A stretch of DNA of 64,000 bases from Macrostomum lignano. Its lineage: Eukaryota. The notes beneath the pieces were generated by a model, which saw only the letters and a program-made list of their open reading frames with translations, was not told the DNA's origin and searched no databases. Location: positions 124,001 through 188,000 of the forward strand of contig NIVC01000618.1 in NCBI GenBank assembly GCA_002269645.1, written 5' to 3'. The position numbers and the translations under genes were made by a program. This document shows positions 39,185-51,478 of the stretch, one piece after another (the stretch's first letter is position 1; each line of letters starts with the position of its first letter).

Positions 39185-39330
39185 GATGTAGCCCAGCGGT
39201 CCAGGCTCGATTTCAAGTGCAGTCACATTTATTTGAGGCTGAATTCGAATCTCGGCTTGGCTCTGCTCGTACAATTAACACCCTTGAGGGCCAACCCCCA
39301 AGGCACAGTGAAGTGTACATGCTTAACGAT
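39185..39330 (+). mobile_element. tRNA-derived SINE family A, truncated copy 3
   Basis: GTAGCCCAGCGGTCCAGGCTCGATTTCAAGTGCAG...CCAACCCCCAAGGCACAGTGAAG matches copies 1 and 2. Confidence 0.75.
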
Positions 39331-39624
39331 AGTCAATTTTTGAGAAGTGACTCAAAAAACCAGATTCTGCTGCTCCGTGCAATAATTCCAAAGCGATATG
39401 AATCTACTAATCCCTCAGATTGGTGTATTGATTCGAGAGACTTCTATGCACACGCACCTGCTTTCCGCAGTCGTGAGGATATATCTCTATTTGCCTACAA
39501 AAGCCCCACCACCTGCAACACCTTGCAGGGGCCAACTGTTCCGATCAGTAAATACCGGTTGACTCGCGCAGGAACTTGCAGAGCTCCGCTTCCAAAGTTG
39601 CTAAAGGCTGTATTCGAGTTAGGC

Positions 39625-42600
39625 ATGCCGACACAGTCCAAGACGAAGACACTGACAGCAGTGCTTCACGCCTATCTGGCCGAAACTACGGCCCACGGCT
39701 TGCCAAGGATATCGAGCTCCGATCGGCCAGTCTACCTCAAACTGATGTGGCTCTCCAGCTTCCTCGGCCTGCTAGTCTGGTTCGGCATCACATTTAGCGA
39801 CGCCGTGACCAAACTGCTCAGTGCTAAACGAGACACGGCTATCTACGCGTTCGAGGTTCCTTTCCGATTCCCTGACCTGTACGTCTGCGGCAGCAACCCG
39901 GTGTCCGGCAGCCGCTCTGTCGGCCTCTCCGCCGTCCAAGCCGATGCCCTGCGCCGCCAGCTGGCGCCCACGCTAGCCACGCTGAACAACCTGACTGGCC
40001 TGACCCCCGTAGACCTGCTGAAGTACGTCGTCAATTCGTTGCCTTTCAACTTGGCCGCCGACTTGCTGGGGCACAGCCTCAGCCAGATGATCGCCTTCGC
40101 CTCCATCGAGGGCGACGTCAGCGGTACGATTCGAGATAACCAGACTGGCCGGCTGCAGTTCTCCAACTTCTACCATCCCGCCTACCTGCGCTGCGCCCGG
40201 CTCGGCCTCGACTCGGCCGCTGCAGCTCGGCTTCGCCAGCCCGACGCCTACCTGCACTTGGCGCTGACCGTGGACTCGCAGCTGCTCAGCTACACGGTCG
40301 ACTCCAACCAGGTGTACATTCCATTGAGCGTGCTCGGCCGAATCCACAAAGCCTACCCGGCCGAATGGAGCCTGGATCTCGGCTGGAACGTCTTTGTTGA
40401 GAGCGGCCTGCGGCTGTTCCTAGTCGAGCCGGGCACTTATCCGACACCTTGGTCCACTTCCCTGTTGATTAGGTCGGGCACAATGGCCGAGGTTCGAATC
40501 ACTATGCAACAGGTGTCTTACCTGGAGAGCCAGTTCGCTGGACAGTGCATGCCGAACTCTAGGCAGAGCCGGGTGCAGTTTGTTAATCCTTATGATGATT
40601 CCCTGTACGATTATAATTACTCGGATGCTTTCTGCTATTATACAGGTGAGTCGCTTGTCTGTGATTATCTGCAATGTCTGCAATACCTGAGTGCACCTGT
40701 GATTACCAAATGGGTGATTATCTGATGAGTGATTATCTGGTGAGTGATTATCTGGTGAGTGATTATCTGGTGAGTGATTATCTGGTGAGTGATTATCTGG
40801 TGAGTGATTATCTGGTGAGTAATTATCTGGTGAGTGATTATCTGGTGAGTGATTATCTGGTGAGTGATTATCTGATGAGTGATTATCTGATGAGTGATTA
40901 TCTGATGAGTGATTATCTGGTGAGTGATTATCTGATGAGTGATTATCTGATGAGTGATTATCTGATGAGTGATTATCTGATGAGTGATTATCTGATGAGT
41001 GATTATCTGATGAGTGATTATCTGGTGAGTGATTATCTGATGAGTGATTATCGGATGAGTGATTATCTGATGAGTGATTATCTGATGAGTGATTATCTGA
41101 TGAGTGATTATCGGATGAGTGATTATCTGGTGAGTGATTATCTGATGAGTGATTATCTGATGAGTGATTATCTGATGAGTGATTATCTGGTGAGTGATTA
41201 TCTGGTGAGTGATTATCGGATGAGTGATATCAGTAATGTCTCGAAACCTGAGCAGGTTAGGTACTATCAATCACTTCATCAAAAACTATTTCAGAGTTTG
41301 CCCGAAGAATGCAGAGCCTGCTGAACTGCACAGACAAGGCGGTGCCCCGTACGGCAGCTTTCAGACACCTGCGAAGCTGCCACAACGCCACAGGGCTGAC
41401 TGTTGATCAGCTGAACAACCTGACGGCCAGGAAATTGGCAAACAGGGACCTTTTGAAGGCCATTTCAACTCAAGTGTCTGATGCGTGCTCGAATCAGTCT
41501 CCGTGCACTTCTTTGAGCTATACGGTGACTTTGGGTTATCTGTATTGCGCTTAGCAGAAAAAGCTTAGTACTAGGGCTCTAGATAGTTACAGGGTAGAGG
41601 CTTTCTCCCATAGAGAGCTGCTGGCAGCTTCCTGCGGGTCATAAAGAACAGTCTAAATCAAACTAATTGTCTTTGATCGCACACTAAAACCATTAGATTT
41701 ACGAGCATGCCAATATTAACCTAACAGATCGACTGGTCCGTTTCCGATTGGCCTCTCGCCGCCTTCACCGACATCATGATGGAGATGATTCGCTCTCGCA
41801 TAGACAGCCTGACCGACAAGCCGTTCTTCCAGATCTACTACGCCGAGAAAGACGCGGCCGGCTCCAACGCCAGCTCGCAACAGCTTGAAAAGTTGGCGAG
41901 CCTGATAAGCAGCCAAGTTTCTCTGGTCAGGCTGAGCAGTCGGCACTCTAATAGCGATCAGGTACGGAGTCTAAATACTAAAGTTCCGGTCAGCACCAAC
42001 CTTTCTAGCTGGCTCTGATCTCGAAACTAGCCAGCGCCCCTCGGCCTTATTTACAACCACCCCACTCCTTGCCCCACCCTCAGATTTATTTCCAACCACC
42101 TCACTCCCTGCCTCACCCCTGCCTTATTTACAACCACCTCACTCCCTGCCTCACCCCTGCCTTATTTACAACCACCTCACTCCCTGCCCCATCCCCTGCC
42201 TTATTTACAACCACTCACTCCCTGCCCCATCCCCTGCCTAATTTACAATCACCTCACTCCCTGCACCCACCCATCTGCCTTATTCACAACCACCTCACTC
42301 CCTGCCTCACCCCCTGCCTTATTTACAACCACTCACTCCCTGCCCCATCCCTCTGCCTTATTTACAACCACTCACTCCCTGCCCCATCCCTGCCTTATTT
42401 ACAACCACTCACTCCCTGCCCCATCCCCCTGCCTTATTTACAACCACTCACTCCCTGCCCCATCCCCTGCCTTATTTACAACCACTCACTCCCTGCCCCA
42501 TCCCCCTGCCTTATTTACAACCACTCACTCCCTGCCCCATCCCCTGCCTTATTTACAACCACCTCACTCCCTGCCCCATCCCCTGCCTTATTTACAACCA

Positions 42601-43196
42601 CTCACTCCCTGCCCCATCCCCCTGCCTTATTTACAACCACTCACTCCCTGCCCCATCCCCTGCCTTATTTACAACCACCTCACTCCCTGCCCCATCCCCT
42701 GCCTTATTTACAACCACCTCACTCCCTGCACCCACCCATCTGCCTTATTTTACAACCACCTCACTCCCTGCCCCCACCTATCTGCCTTATTTACAACCAC
42801 ATCACTCCCTGCCCCCACCCATCTGCCTTATTTACAACCACCCCACTCCCTGCCCCCACCCATCTGCCTTATTTACAACCACCTCACTCCCTGCCCTCAC
42901 CCATCTGCCTTATTTACAACTACCTCACCGCTTGCCGTTTTTTATCCTGTTTATTGATTTCTAAGCATTTTCGTGTACACAGACAACTTCAGTTCACCAC
43001 TCGCATTTTCTAAACCGATCAGCTGCGAGTCACTCTGGCCTACACCTTCAACAATTTGTTTGCGGAGACCGGCGGCCTACTGGGACTCTTCCTGGGCTGT
43101 TCTCTGCTGACTCTGCTTGAGCTGGTCGAATTGCTGCACAATTGTATTATCAACTGCTTTTGCAGGCGAAAACGGGTTGAAGCGAAGCCCACGTGA
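39625..43196 (+). CDS. DEG/ENaC (amiloride-sensitive sodium channel superfamily) subunit, about 552 aa
   Basis: Exons 39625-40645, 41295-41524, 41728-41961, 43023-43196. N-terminal ETTAHGLPRI (HG motif), TM1, FPDLYVC, SGLRLFL, YT|IDWSVSDWP, TM2 AETGGLLGLFLGCSLLTLLELVE (GxS filter). Confidence 0.93.
40712..41228. repeat. 15-bp minisatellite (GAGTGATTATCTG[G/A]T)n in DEG/ENaC intron 1
   Basis: About 34 units. Confidence 0.97.
42045..42925. repeat. About 38-bp pyrimidine-rich minisatellite (CTCACTCCCTGCCCCATCCCCTGCCTTATTTACAACCA)n in DEG/ENaC intron 3
   Basis: About 22 variable-length units. Confidence 0.95.
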
Positions 43197-43569
43197 TGGA
43201 AGAAAACTTTCTTGTTTAGGCATCTTGATTCATAAATACAGCTTAGACATTGAACTGGATCGTTCACACATGGTGATAAAAAATATCTCGATACTACTAA
43301 TAGGTGCAGATATCAGTAGCATAAAAATATGAAAAATTTAATATGCCAAGGGAAAAGAGAGCTGTTATAATATACGAGTAATAGCTTGGAGTGGCTATTT
43401 CCCGCATGTTACTAAATTTTTCAACTGAAACTTTTCAAGTTCAGTAAAATCGGTTTTCAAAAGTTTACTGCTTTGTTTGTCTCAGAAACTTTAATTCGCA
43501 TTTGTTTTAAAACCTCTTCAAATTTGAATATAGTTGAAATGAAATCCACTGCTCAGCTACCAATTAAGT

Positions 43570-44270
43570 CTGCTCAGTGCTGTACTCACTCCAATCAGCA
43601 CGATCTCAGTGATCTGTTCACTCCAATCAGCACCATCTCAGTGCTCTGTTCACTCCAATCAGCACCATCTCAGTGCTCTGTTCACCCCAATCAGCACCAT
43701 CTCAGTGCTCTGTTCACTCCAATCAGCACCATCTCAGTGCTCTGTTCACTCCAATCAGCACCATCTCAGTGCTCTGTTCACTCCAATCAGCACCATCTCA
43801 GTGCTCTGTTCACTCCAATCAGCACCATCTCAGTGCTCTGTTCACCCCAATCAGCACCATCTCAGTGCTCTGTTCACTCCAATCAGCACCATCTCAGTGC
43901 TCTGTTCACTCCAATCAGCACCATCTCAGTGCTCTGTTCACTCCAATCAGCACCATCTCAGTGCTCTGTTCACTCCAATCAGCACCATCTCAGTGCTCTG
44001 TTCACTCCAATCAGCACCATCTCAGTGCTCTGTTCACCCCAATCAGCACCATCTCAGTGCTCTGTTCACTCCAATCAGCACCATCTCAGTGCTCTGTTCA
44101 CTCCAATCAGCACCATCTCAGTGCTCTGTTCACTCCAATCAGCACCATCTCAGTGCTCTGTTCACTCCAATCAGCACCATCTCAGTGCTGTACTCACTCC
44201 AATCAGCACCATCTCAGTGCTCTGTTCACTCCAATCAGCACCATCTCAGTGCTCTGTTCACTCCAATTCA
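43570..44270. repeat. 32-bp minisatellite (CTCAGTGCTCTGTTCACTCCAATCAGCACCAT)n
   Basis: About 22 units with 32-aa periodic ORFs. Confidence 0.97.
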
Positions 44271-44679
44271 GCCAGCCAATGGCAGGCTTGGATGGAGATG
44301 GGGACCAAGCAGGAGATTGTATTTAGCTGCTACAAGCTAGGCCAGAGAGAAAATTTGCTGCCTACACTTTCTTGAAGCAGCGCTTTTTCAACGCTTTAAA
44401 AGAACCTCAGTTCGCTTTTTGCTTGTTAAGTTGGCTTGTCACACAGGACCCCCCAAGTCTCTATCTGCAACATGTCCCCAAGCGCAAGGTTTTGCTTTCT
44501 ATTTTGCCTCATCGCTCTGGGTGAGTTTTGCGTTCTTTTTTGCATCTTTAAAAATATTTTCTTAAACTTATACTGTTTCCAAATTATATAATCTGTGAAT
44601 GATTTCTGAGTTAATTAGGACTTTTATTTGAGTTTTCTCAGAGTAGCTTTCCCAATTACATGTAGATCTGAGCAGATAA

Positions 44680-46545
44680 GATATCAGACCTGACCCGATT
44701 AGATATCAGACCTGACCCGATTAGATATCAGATCTGACCCGATTAGATATCAGACCTGACCCGATTAGATATCAGATCTGACCCGATTAGATATCAGACC
44801 TGACCCGATTAGATATCAGATCTAACCCGATTAGATATCAGACCTGACCCGATTAGATATCAGATCTGACCCGATTAGATATCAGATCTAACCCGATTAG
44901 ATATCAGACCTGACCCGATTAGATATCAGACCTGACCCGATTAGATATCAGACCTGACCCGATTAGATATCAGACCTGACCCGATTAGATATCAGACCTG
45001 ACCCGATTAGATATCAGACCTGACCCGATTAGATATCAGACCTGACCCGATTAGATATCAGACCTGACCCGATTAGATATCAGACCTGACCCGATTAGAT
45101 ATCAGATCTGACCCGATTAGATATCAGATCTGACTCGATTAGATATCAGATCTGACCCGATTAGATATCAGACCTGACCCGATTAGATATCAGACCTGAC
45201 CCGATTAGCTATCAGACCTGACCCGATTAGATATCAGACCTGACCCGATTAGATATCAGATCTGACCCGATTAGATATCAGATCTGACCCGATTAGATAT
45301 CAGATCTGACCCGATTAGATATCAGATCTGACCCGATTAGATATCAGATCTGACCCGATTAGATATCAGATCTGACCCGATTAGATATCAGATCTGACCC
45401 GATTAGATATCAGACCTGACCCGATTAGATATCAGACCTGACCCGATTAGATATCAGATCTGACCCGATTAGATATCAGACCTGACCCGATTAGATATCA
45501 GACCTGACCCGATTAGATATCAGACCTGACCCGATTAGATATCAGATCTGACCCGATTAGATATCAGATCTGACCCGATTAGATATCAGATCTGACCCGA
45601 TTAGATATCAGACCTGACCCGATTAGATATCAGACCTGACCCGATTAGATATCAGACCTGACCCGATTAGATATCAGATCTGACCCGATTAGATATCAGA
45701 CCTGACCCGATTAGATATCAGATCTGACTCGATTAGATATCAGACCTGACCCGATTAGATATCAGACCTGACCCGATTAGATATCAGATCTGACCCGATT
45801 AGATATCAGACCTGACCCGATTAGATATCAGACCTGACCCGATTAGATATCAGACCTGACCCGATTAGATATCAGATCTGACCCGATTAGATATCAGATC
45901 TGACCCGATTAGATATCAGATCTGACCCGATTAGATATCAGACCTGACCCGATTAGATATCAGACCTGACCCGATTAGATATCAGACCTGACCCGATTAG
46001 ATATCAGATCTGACCCGATTAGATATCAGACCTGACCCGATTAGATATCAGACCTGACCCGATTAGATATCAGACCTGACCCGATTAGATATCAGACCTG
46101 ACCCGATTAGATATCAGACCTGACCCGATTAGATATCAGACCTGACCCGATTAGATATCAGATCTGACCCGATTAGATATCAGACCTGACCCGATTAGAT
46201 ATCAGACCTGACCCGATTAGATATCAGACCTGACCCGATTAGATATCAGATCTGACTCGATTAGATATCAGACCTGACCCGATTAGATATCAGATCTGAC
46301 CCGATTAGATATCAGATCTGACCCGATTAGATATCAGACCTGACCCGATTAGATATCAGACCTGACCCGATTAGATATCAGATCTGACTCGATTAGATAT
46401 CAGACCTGACCCGATTAGATATCAGATCTGACCCGATTAGATATCAGATCTGACCCGATTAGATATCAGATCTAACCCGATTAGATATCAGACCTGACCC
46501 GATTAGATATCAGATCTGACCCGATTAGATATCAGATCTATCCAA
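44680..46545. repeat. 22-bp minisatellite (AGATATCAGA[C/T]CTGACCCGATT)n
   Basis: About 84 units in two interspersed variants. Confidence 0.98.
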
Positions 46546-47934
46546 CTTGCCTACAACCAAAGATCCCTTACGAGAACAGCATCAGCCCAAAGTGCCATTG
46601 GGAGTAGAAAGTGAAGTTCACTTCCTGTTTAAGTGGAAGTTAATTTAATAGTGGAAATTAATTTAATAGTGCTCCCTGTGATAATTGTCTAAGCAGTAAA
46701 TCTCGAATAAAGGTTCAATTTTTTATAAACCCGACTGCAGAGAGCAAAGAATTTTACGTAATGACTCACGAGAAAAGAGACAAAATGGAAATTCTAAATT
46801 TTCTCGCTTCATGTAATACCGGAAAAATTGTTTGAATATTCTGTTTGTGTGCGATACTTATTATTTTAACTTCTGTGACGTCAAAAAAACATTTTTATCG
46901 ATTAGCATTTTTCTTTTGTTTCCTTCTGTCCTTCTTTCATTATGTACAGGGAAATATTATAACATATGAAAATCAGCACCCTCTCGGTAAGGGAACTTAG
47001 TAGTGCTAATTATTAAATTAAATTATTATTATTTTAATATAAAGATATAAAAAATTATGAACAAATAGTAACTATAAAAATTAATTAAGTAAGAAATTAA
47101 ATAAAAATCAGTGAAGTATTAACCAAAAATTAACTAAGAAATTGACTAAAAAATTTAATTAGGATTAATGAAATTAGCAAAATTAGGAATTAACTTAGAG
47201 CTAACTAATAATTATTTTAAAAATTAACTTAAATAAGATTAAATAAGATTAGGATTAGAAACTATGATTAAAAGAAAGAGTATATAAGATTTAAATTCAA
47301 AACAAGCCAAAACAAGTCTTTCTACATGGTGTGTTTTTTACACTCCGAAGGGACTTAAATAAACAAATCTAGGAAAGGCAGAATTAGGAGCCGATCGATG
47401 AGTACAGTTCCGGAGTCCATGATCAGGCATTGACAGAAATGGAAACAAGTCGATTACCCGTTTTTTACGATCTCGGATCCTCGGTCGGTGGGTGGCTGGG
47501 TGGACAGCCATGCAGAAAACGATGCGAGACGTGGGCGGAGCGGCTTCACGAAGGAGGCGGGTCCGCGGCGACGCTGTATCCGTTTCCGTCTCGTTCTCAT
47601 TCTCTGAGACACACAGCAATCGCTAAACAGGAGGGGATTAAATGCATTGAAGAGAATTATTGGAGGCGCGGTAATGAGACTGCCTGCGGTCCTCGCTTTC
47701 CGATTTCCCCCCGTCCCAACATCAGTCGAGTTGCAGCTATGGTTTGATTTTATCGTGTCTCTCAATTCATCTTAAGTGCCAATTTTATCTCGGCTTCGAG
47801 AGACTGACTGCCTGCTCATCTGCTGCTCTGATGCTCGAGTCGATCAGATAGAGGTTTTATCTTAGCTTACAGAGTGTTCTTGCAATTAATTAATATATAG
47901 TACCAAGGTTCTAAGAGGCTTGTAGCCTAGGGGG

Positions 47935-48022
47935 GTTGTAGACCAGTGGTTAGTGCGTCGGACTGAAAGTTCGGGGGTTCGACTCTCAATCTGATTGGAA
48001 CAATTTGTGTCCTTGAGCAGGA
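47935..48022 (+). mobile_element. tRNA-derived SINE head running into a 7-bp array
   Basis: GTAGACCAGTGGTTAG...GGTTCGACTC...GTGTCCTTGAGCAG: A/B boxes plus a motif resembling common SINE cores. Confidence 0.55.
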
Positions 48023-48182
48023 ATCAGGAGTCAAGAGTCAGCAGTCAGCAGTCAGCAGTCAGGAGTCAAGATTCAGGAGTCAGGAGTCAGCAGTCAGGAG
48101 TCAAGATTCAGGAGTCAGCAGTCAGGAGTCAAGATTCAGGAGTCAGCAGTCAGGAGTCAAGATTCAGGAGTCAGCAGTCAGC

Positions 48183-48215
<33 letters not shown>

Positions 48216-48469
48216 AGATTCAGGAGTCAGGAGTCAAGAGTCAGGAGTCAGGAGTCAGGAGTCAAGAGTCAGGAGTCAGGAGTCAGGAGTCAAGATTCAG
48301 GAGTCAAGAGTCAGGAGTCAGCAGTCAGCAGTCAGGAGTCAGCAGTCAGCAGTCAGCAGTCAGCAGTCAGCAGTCAGGAGTCAAGATTCAGGAGTCAGGA
48401 GTCAGCAGTCAGGAGTCAAGATTCAGGAGTCAGCAGTCAGGAGTCAAGATTCAGGAGTCAGCAGTCAGC

Positions 48470-48502
<33 letters not shown>

Positions 48503-48870
48503 AGATTCAGGAGTCAGGAGTCAAGAGTCAGGAGTCAGGAGTCAGGAGTCAAGATTCAGGAGTCAGGAGTCAAGAGTCAGGAGTCAGGAGTCAGGAGTCA
48601 AGAGTCAGGAGTCAGGAGTCAGGAGTCAAGATTCAGGAGTCAAGAGTCAGGAGTCAGCAGTCAGCAGTCAGCAGTCAGCAGTCAGCAGTCAGCAGTCAGG
48701 AGTCAAGAGTCAGCAGTCAGCAGTCAGGAGTCAGGAGTCAGGAGTCAGCAGTCAGCAGTCAGCAGTTAGCAGTCAGGAGTCAGCAGTCAGCAGTCAGGAG
48801 TCAGCAGTCAGGAGTCAGCAGTCAGCAGTCAGCAGTCAGCAGTCAGCAGTCAGCAGTCAGCAGTCAGGAG
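48022..48870. repeat. 7-bp repeat (AGTCAG[G/C], AGTCAAG, ATTCAGG)n
   Basis: About 120 units. Confidence 0.97.
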
Positions 48871-49789
48871 CCTGGTGCCCGGACAGCCGTCAGAATAGAC
48901 AGCTGGGGTCAGCAGCAAGTGTGTCAGGAAAAACCAAACATGTGTCAGATGCTGTGCATAATTTCTGCCCAACAGCAGAGGCCAAGCCGCTCGCATTTGA
49001 AGTGTCCCCAGCAATTTCAATCTATAGAATAAAAGCCAATTTCTCCCAGAGTAGGATCAAGCACTCGGGGTGCCGATTCAATGGAATTCTGCTTTTAGTA
49101 GCGGCATCAGCAGCCGGTATAATGGCCGAGGGAAATGCGGAACACGCAGGCGATTAGGTGCGAATTGGAGACGCGCGCTTCAGGAGGCGGTAATAATTTC
49201 TGCCGCTGCCCCCCCCCCTTTTCTCTTCCTCTCCTTCGCGGGAGCATCGATTTTTTGATCCATGAATAATTGAATAATTCTCGGGGAATTTGCTGCAATG
49301 CATGCATTCAGGATGAGGTGTCAGAATGCAAGATGAGAAGCAAGAGAGGGCGGGTCGCGGCATCGCCATACCTGAATGAATTGAATTCACAAGAAAAAAG
49401 TCACGCTCTCAAAGTATTTCTTTCCTGTGCTTTTGAGTTCCAACGGGACTGGCGGCTGAAAGCGCTACTCAAATTCAATTTCAGTTGGCCTTGGCTCCGC
49501 TGCCCCGCCACGGGACTTCGACGACATCGAGGAGCACGACGCGCTCTAGTGAGTACAGGCTCTGAATTATTTATCCTAGCAACTAATTTGAATTGTCAGC
49601 TCAACTTAATCTCCATGCCCCCTCGTGCAGCCGACAATTCTGCTGCTTTTGTCGATTAAAAGCTGTCCTGCAACAGTTGGGGAGAAGTGGGACTCGGGGT
49701 TTTATATGGTGGAACTGCTCTGGAAATAGGGGTGATTCCATTAGAAGAAGCACTTTTTTAAATGAGGGATTTTTCACGAGTGGGAAACT

Positions 49790-50160
49790 TTGAATATGGG
49801 ATACTTCAAGAATGGGATACTTATGAATATGGGATACTTCAAGAATGGGACACTTATGAATATGGGATATCTCAAGAATGGGAGACTTATGAATATGGGA
49901 TATTTCAAGAATGGGAGTCTTATGAATATGGGATATCTCAAGAATAGGGGACTTATGGATATGGGATACTTCAAGAATGGGACACTTATGAATATGGGAT
50001 ATCTCAAGAATGGGAGACTTATGAATATGGGATATCTCAAGAATGGGGGACTTATGAATATGGGATATCTCAAGAATGGGATACTTATGAATATGGGATA
50101 TTTCAAGAATGGGAGACTTATGAATATGGGATATTTCAAGAATGGAGGACTCTGAATATA
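49790..50160. repeat. 33-bp minisatellite (TATGAATATGGGATATCTCAAGAATGGGAGACT)n
   Basis: About 11 units. Confidence 0.95.
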
Positions 50161-50794
50161 GGAAATTTCTACAACACAGAACCTGACTTTCGGGAATTAC
50201 TCGCAGGTATAGGAACGAATCCTAGTAAACAGGTTCGAGTCGAGTTCTTTGCTCAGGTAATATCTTCAGCACGCAATTAGCTCCGAGCATAAGCAGCATG
50301 CTCGCGTAAAATTTCACCTTAATAACGAGATAAAATATAGACATCTAGCGAGCCACCAAAGCAAGTTTAGAGTCGCAAGCCTCAGTCTAAACAGGTTGAA
50401 CTCTCTCTCCACCTCTTGTAACATCACCCGCTACTCCGAGCAGAGAGCACCCCCCATACACAAAGCGAGTCAGTAAGCTCCGGGTTATGATTTCCCACGG
50501 GAATCTGGTGTGATCCATTAGCCTCTCTGTGACTTGGAGGCTGCACACTCCGTCTAATTGTGAGCCAGCAACTTTGGACGCTGAAAAACAACACATTTTA
50601 ATGCGACATCGAAATATCATAATCCGCTTTTAGGAGTTATCATATAATTATGGGGGCGACTTCCGCATGACACTCTGCAATGGTGCTTCGCTGCCATTCT
50701 GTCTGCCTATTTTCTTTTGTACTTTTCAGTGTTTGGAGAAAGCCTTGCATTCAGATTTGCAACTGTCTTATCTTAGTTTTTCCTAAATATTTGT

Positions 50795-51340
50795 CTCATC
50801 ATCACTCTGCCCCTTCATCACTCTGCCTCATCATCACTCTGCCTCATCATTACTCTGCCCCATCATCACTCTGCCCCATCATCACTCTGCCTCATCATCA
50901 CTCTGCCTCATCATTACTCTGCCCCTTCATCACTCTGCCCCATCATCACTCTGCCCCATCATCACTCTGCTCCATCATCACTCTGCCTCATCATTACTCT
51001 GCCCCTTCATCACTCTGCCCCATCATCACTCTGCCCCATCATCACTCTGCTCCATCATCACTCTGCCCCATCATCACTCTGCCCCATCATCACTCTGCTC
51101 CGTCATCACTCTGCCGACTCTGCTCCCAGTTCGTGAACCCGCTCACAACCTCACTAGTGAACCGGCTCACAACCTCACTCGTGAACCCGCTCACAACCTC
51201 ACTCGTGAACCCGCTCACAATCTCACTCGTGAACCCGCTCACAACCTCACTTGTGAACCCGCTCACAACCTCCCTCGTGAACCCGCCCACAACCTCACTT
51301 GTGAACCCGCTCACAACCTCCCTCGTGAACCCGCTCACCC
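50795..51340. repeat. Adjacent 16-bp (CATCATCACTCTGCCC)n and 24-bp (GTGAACCCGCTCACAACCTCACTC)n arrays
   Basis: 50795-51120 and 51130-51340. Confidence 0.94.
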
Positions 51341-51345
51341 ACCAG

Positions 51346-51478
51346 CAAGCGCGGCTGGCCAGTCCGTTACGTCACAGGCGGCGGGGTGATGGAGATCAAG
51401 CGAGGCGACTCCAAGCATCTGTTCGACGCCCTGATGGGGCTGAAGCGCAGCAGGGAGTGGATGCTGCACAGGCAATGA
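51346..51478 (+). CDS. Probable terminal coding exon of an unidentified gene (KRGWPVRYVTGGGVMEIKRGDSKHLFDALMGLKRSREWMLHRQ*)
   Basis: ctcacccacCAG acceptor, GC3-rich codons and a stop at 51476-51478. Upstream exons were not resolved. Confidence 0.5.

Noticed and set aside
39124-39624. 167-aa N-terminal extension of the 533-aa ORF
   Set aside because: It reads through a SINE family A copy. The DEG/ENaC HG motif places the likely start at ATG 39625.
40646-40725. C-terminus of the 533-aa ORF (GESLVCDYLQ...WVII*)
   Set aside because: It is intron read-through after the consensus donor. TM2 is encoded at 43023-43196.
46950-47330. Very AT-rich stretch considered as a NUMT or replication origin
   Set aside because: No recognisable mitochondrial gene or rRNA motif. 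It is consistent with ordinary low-complexity DNA.
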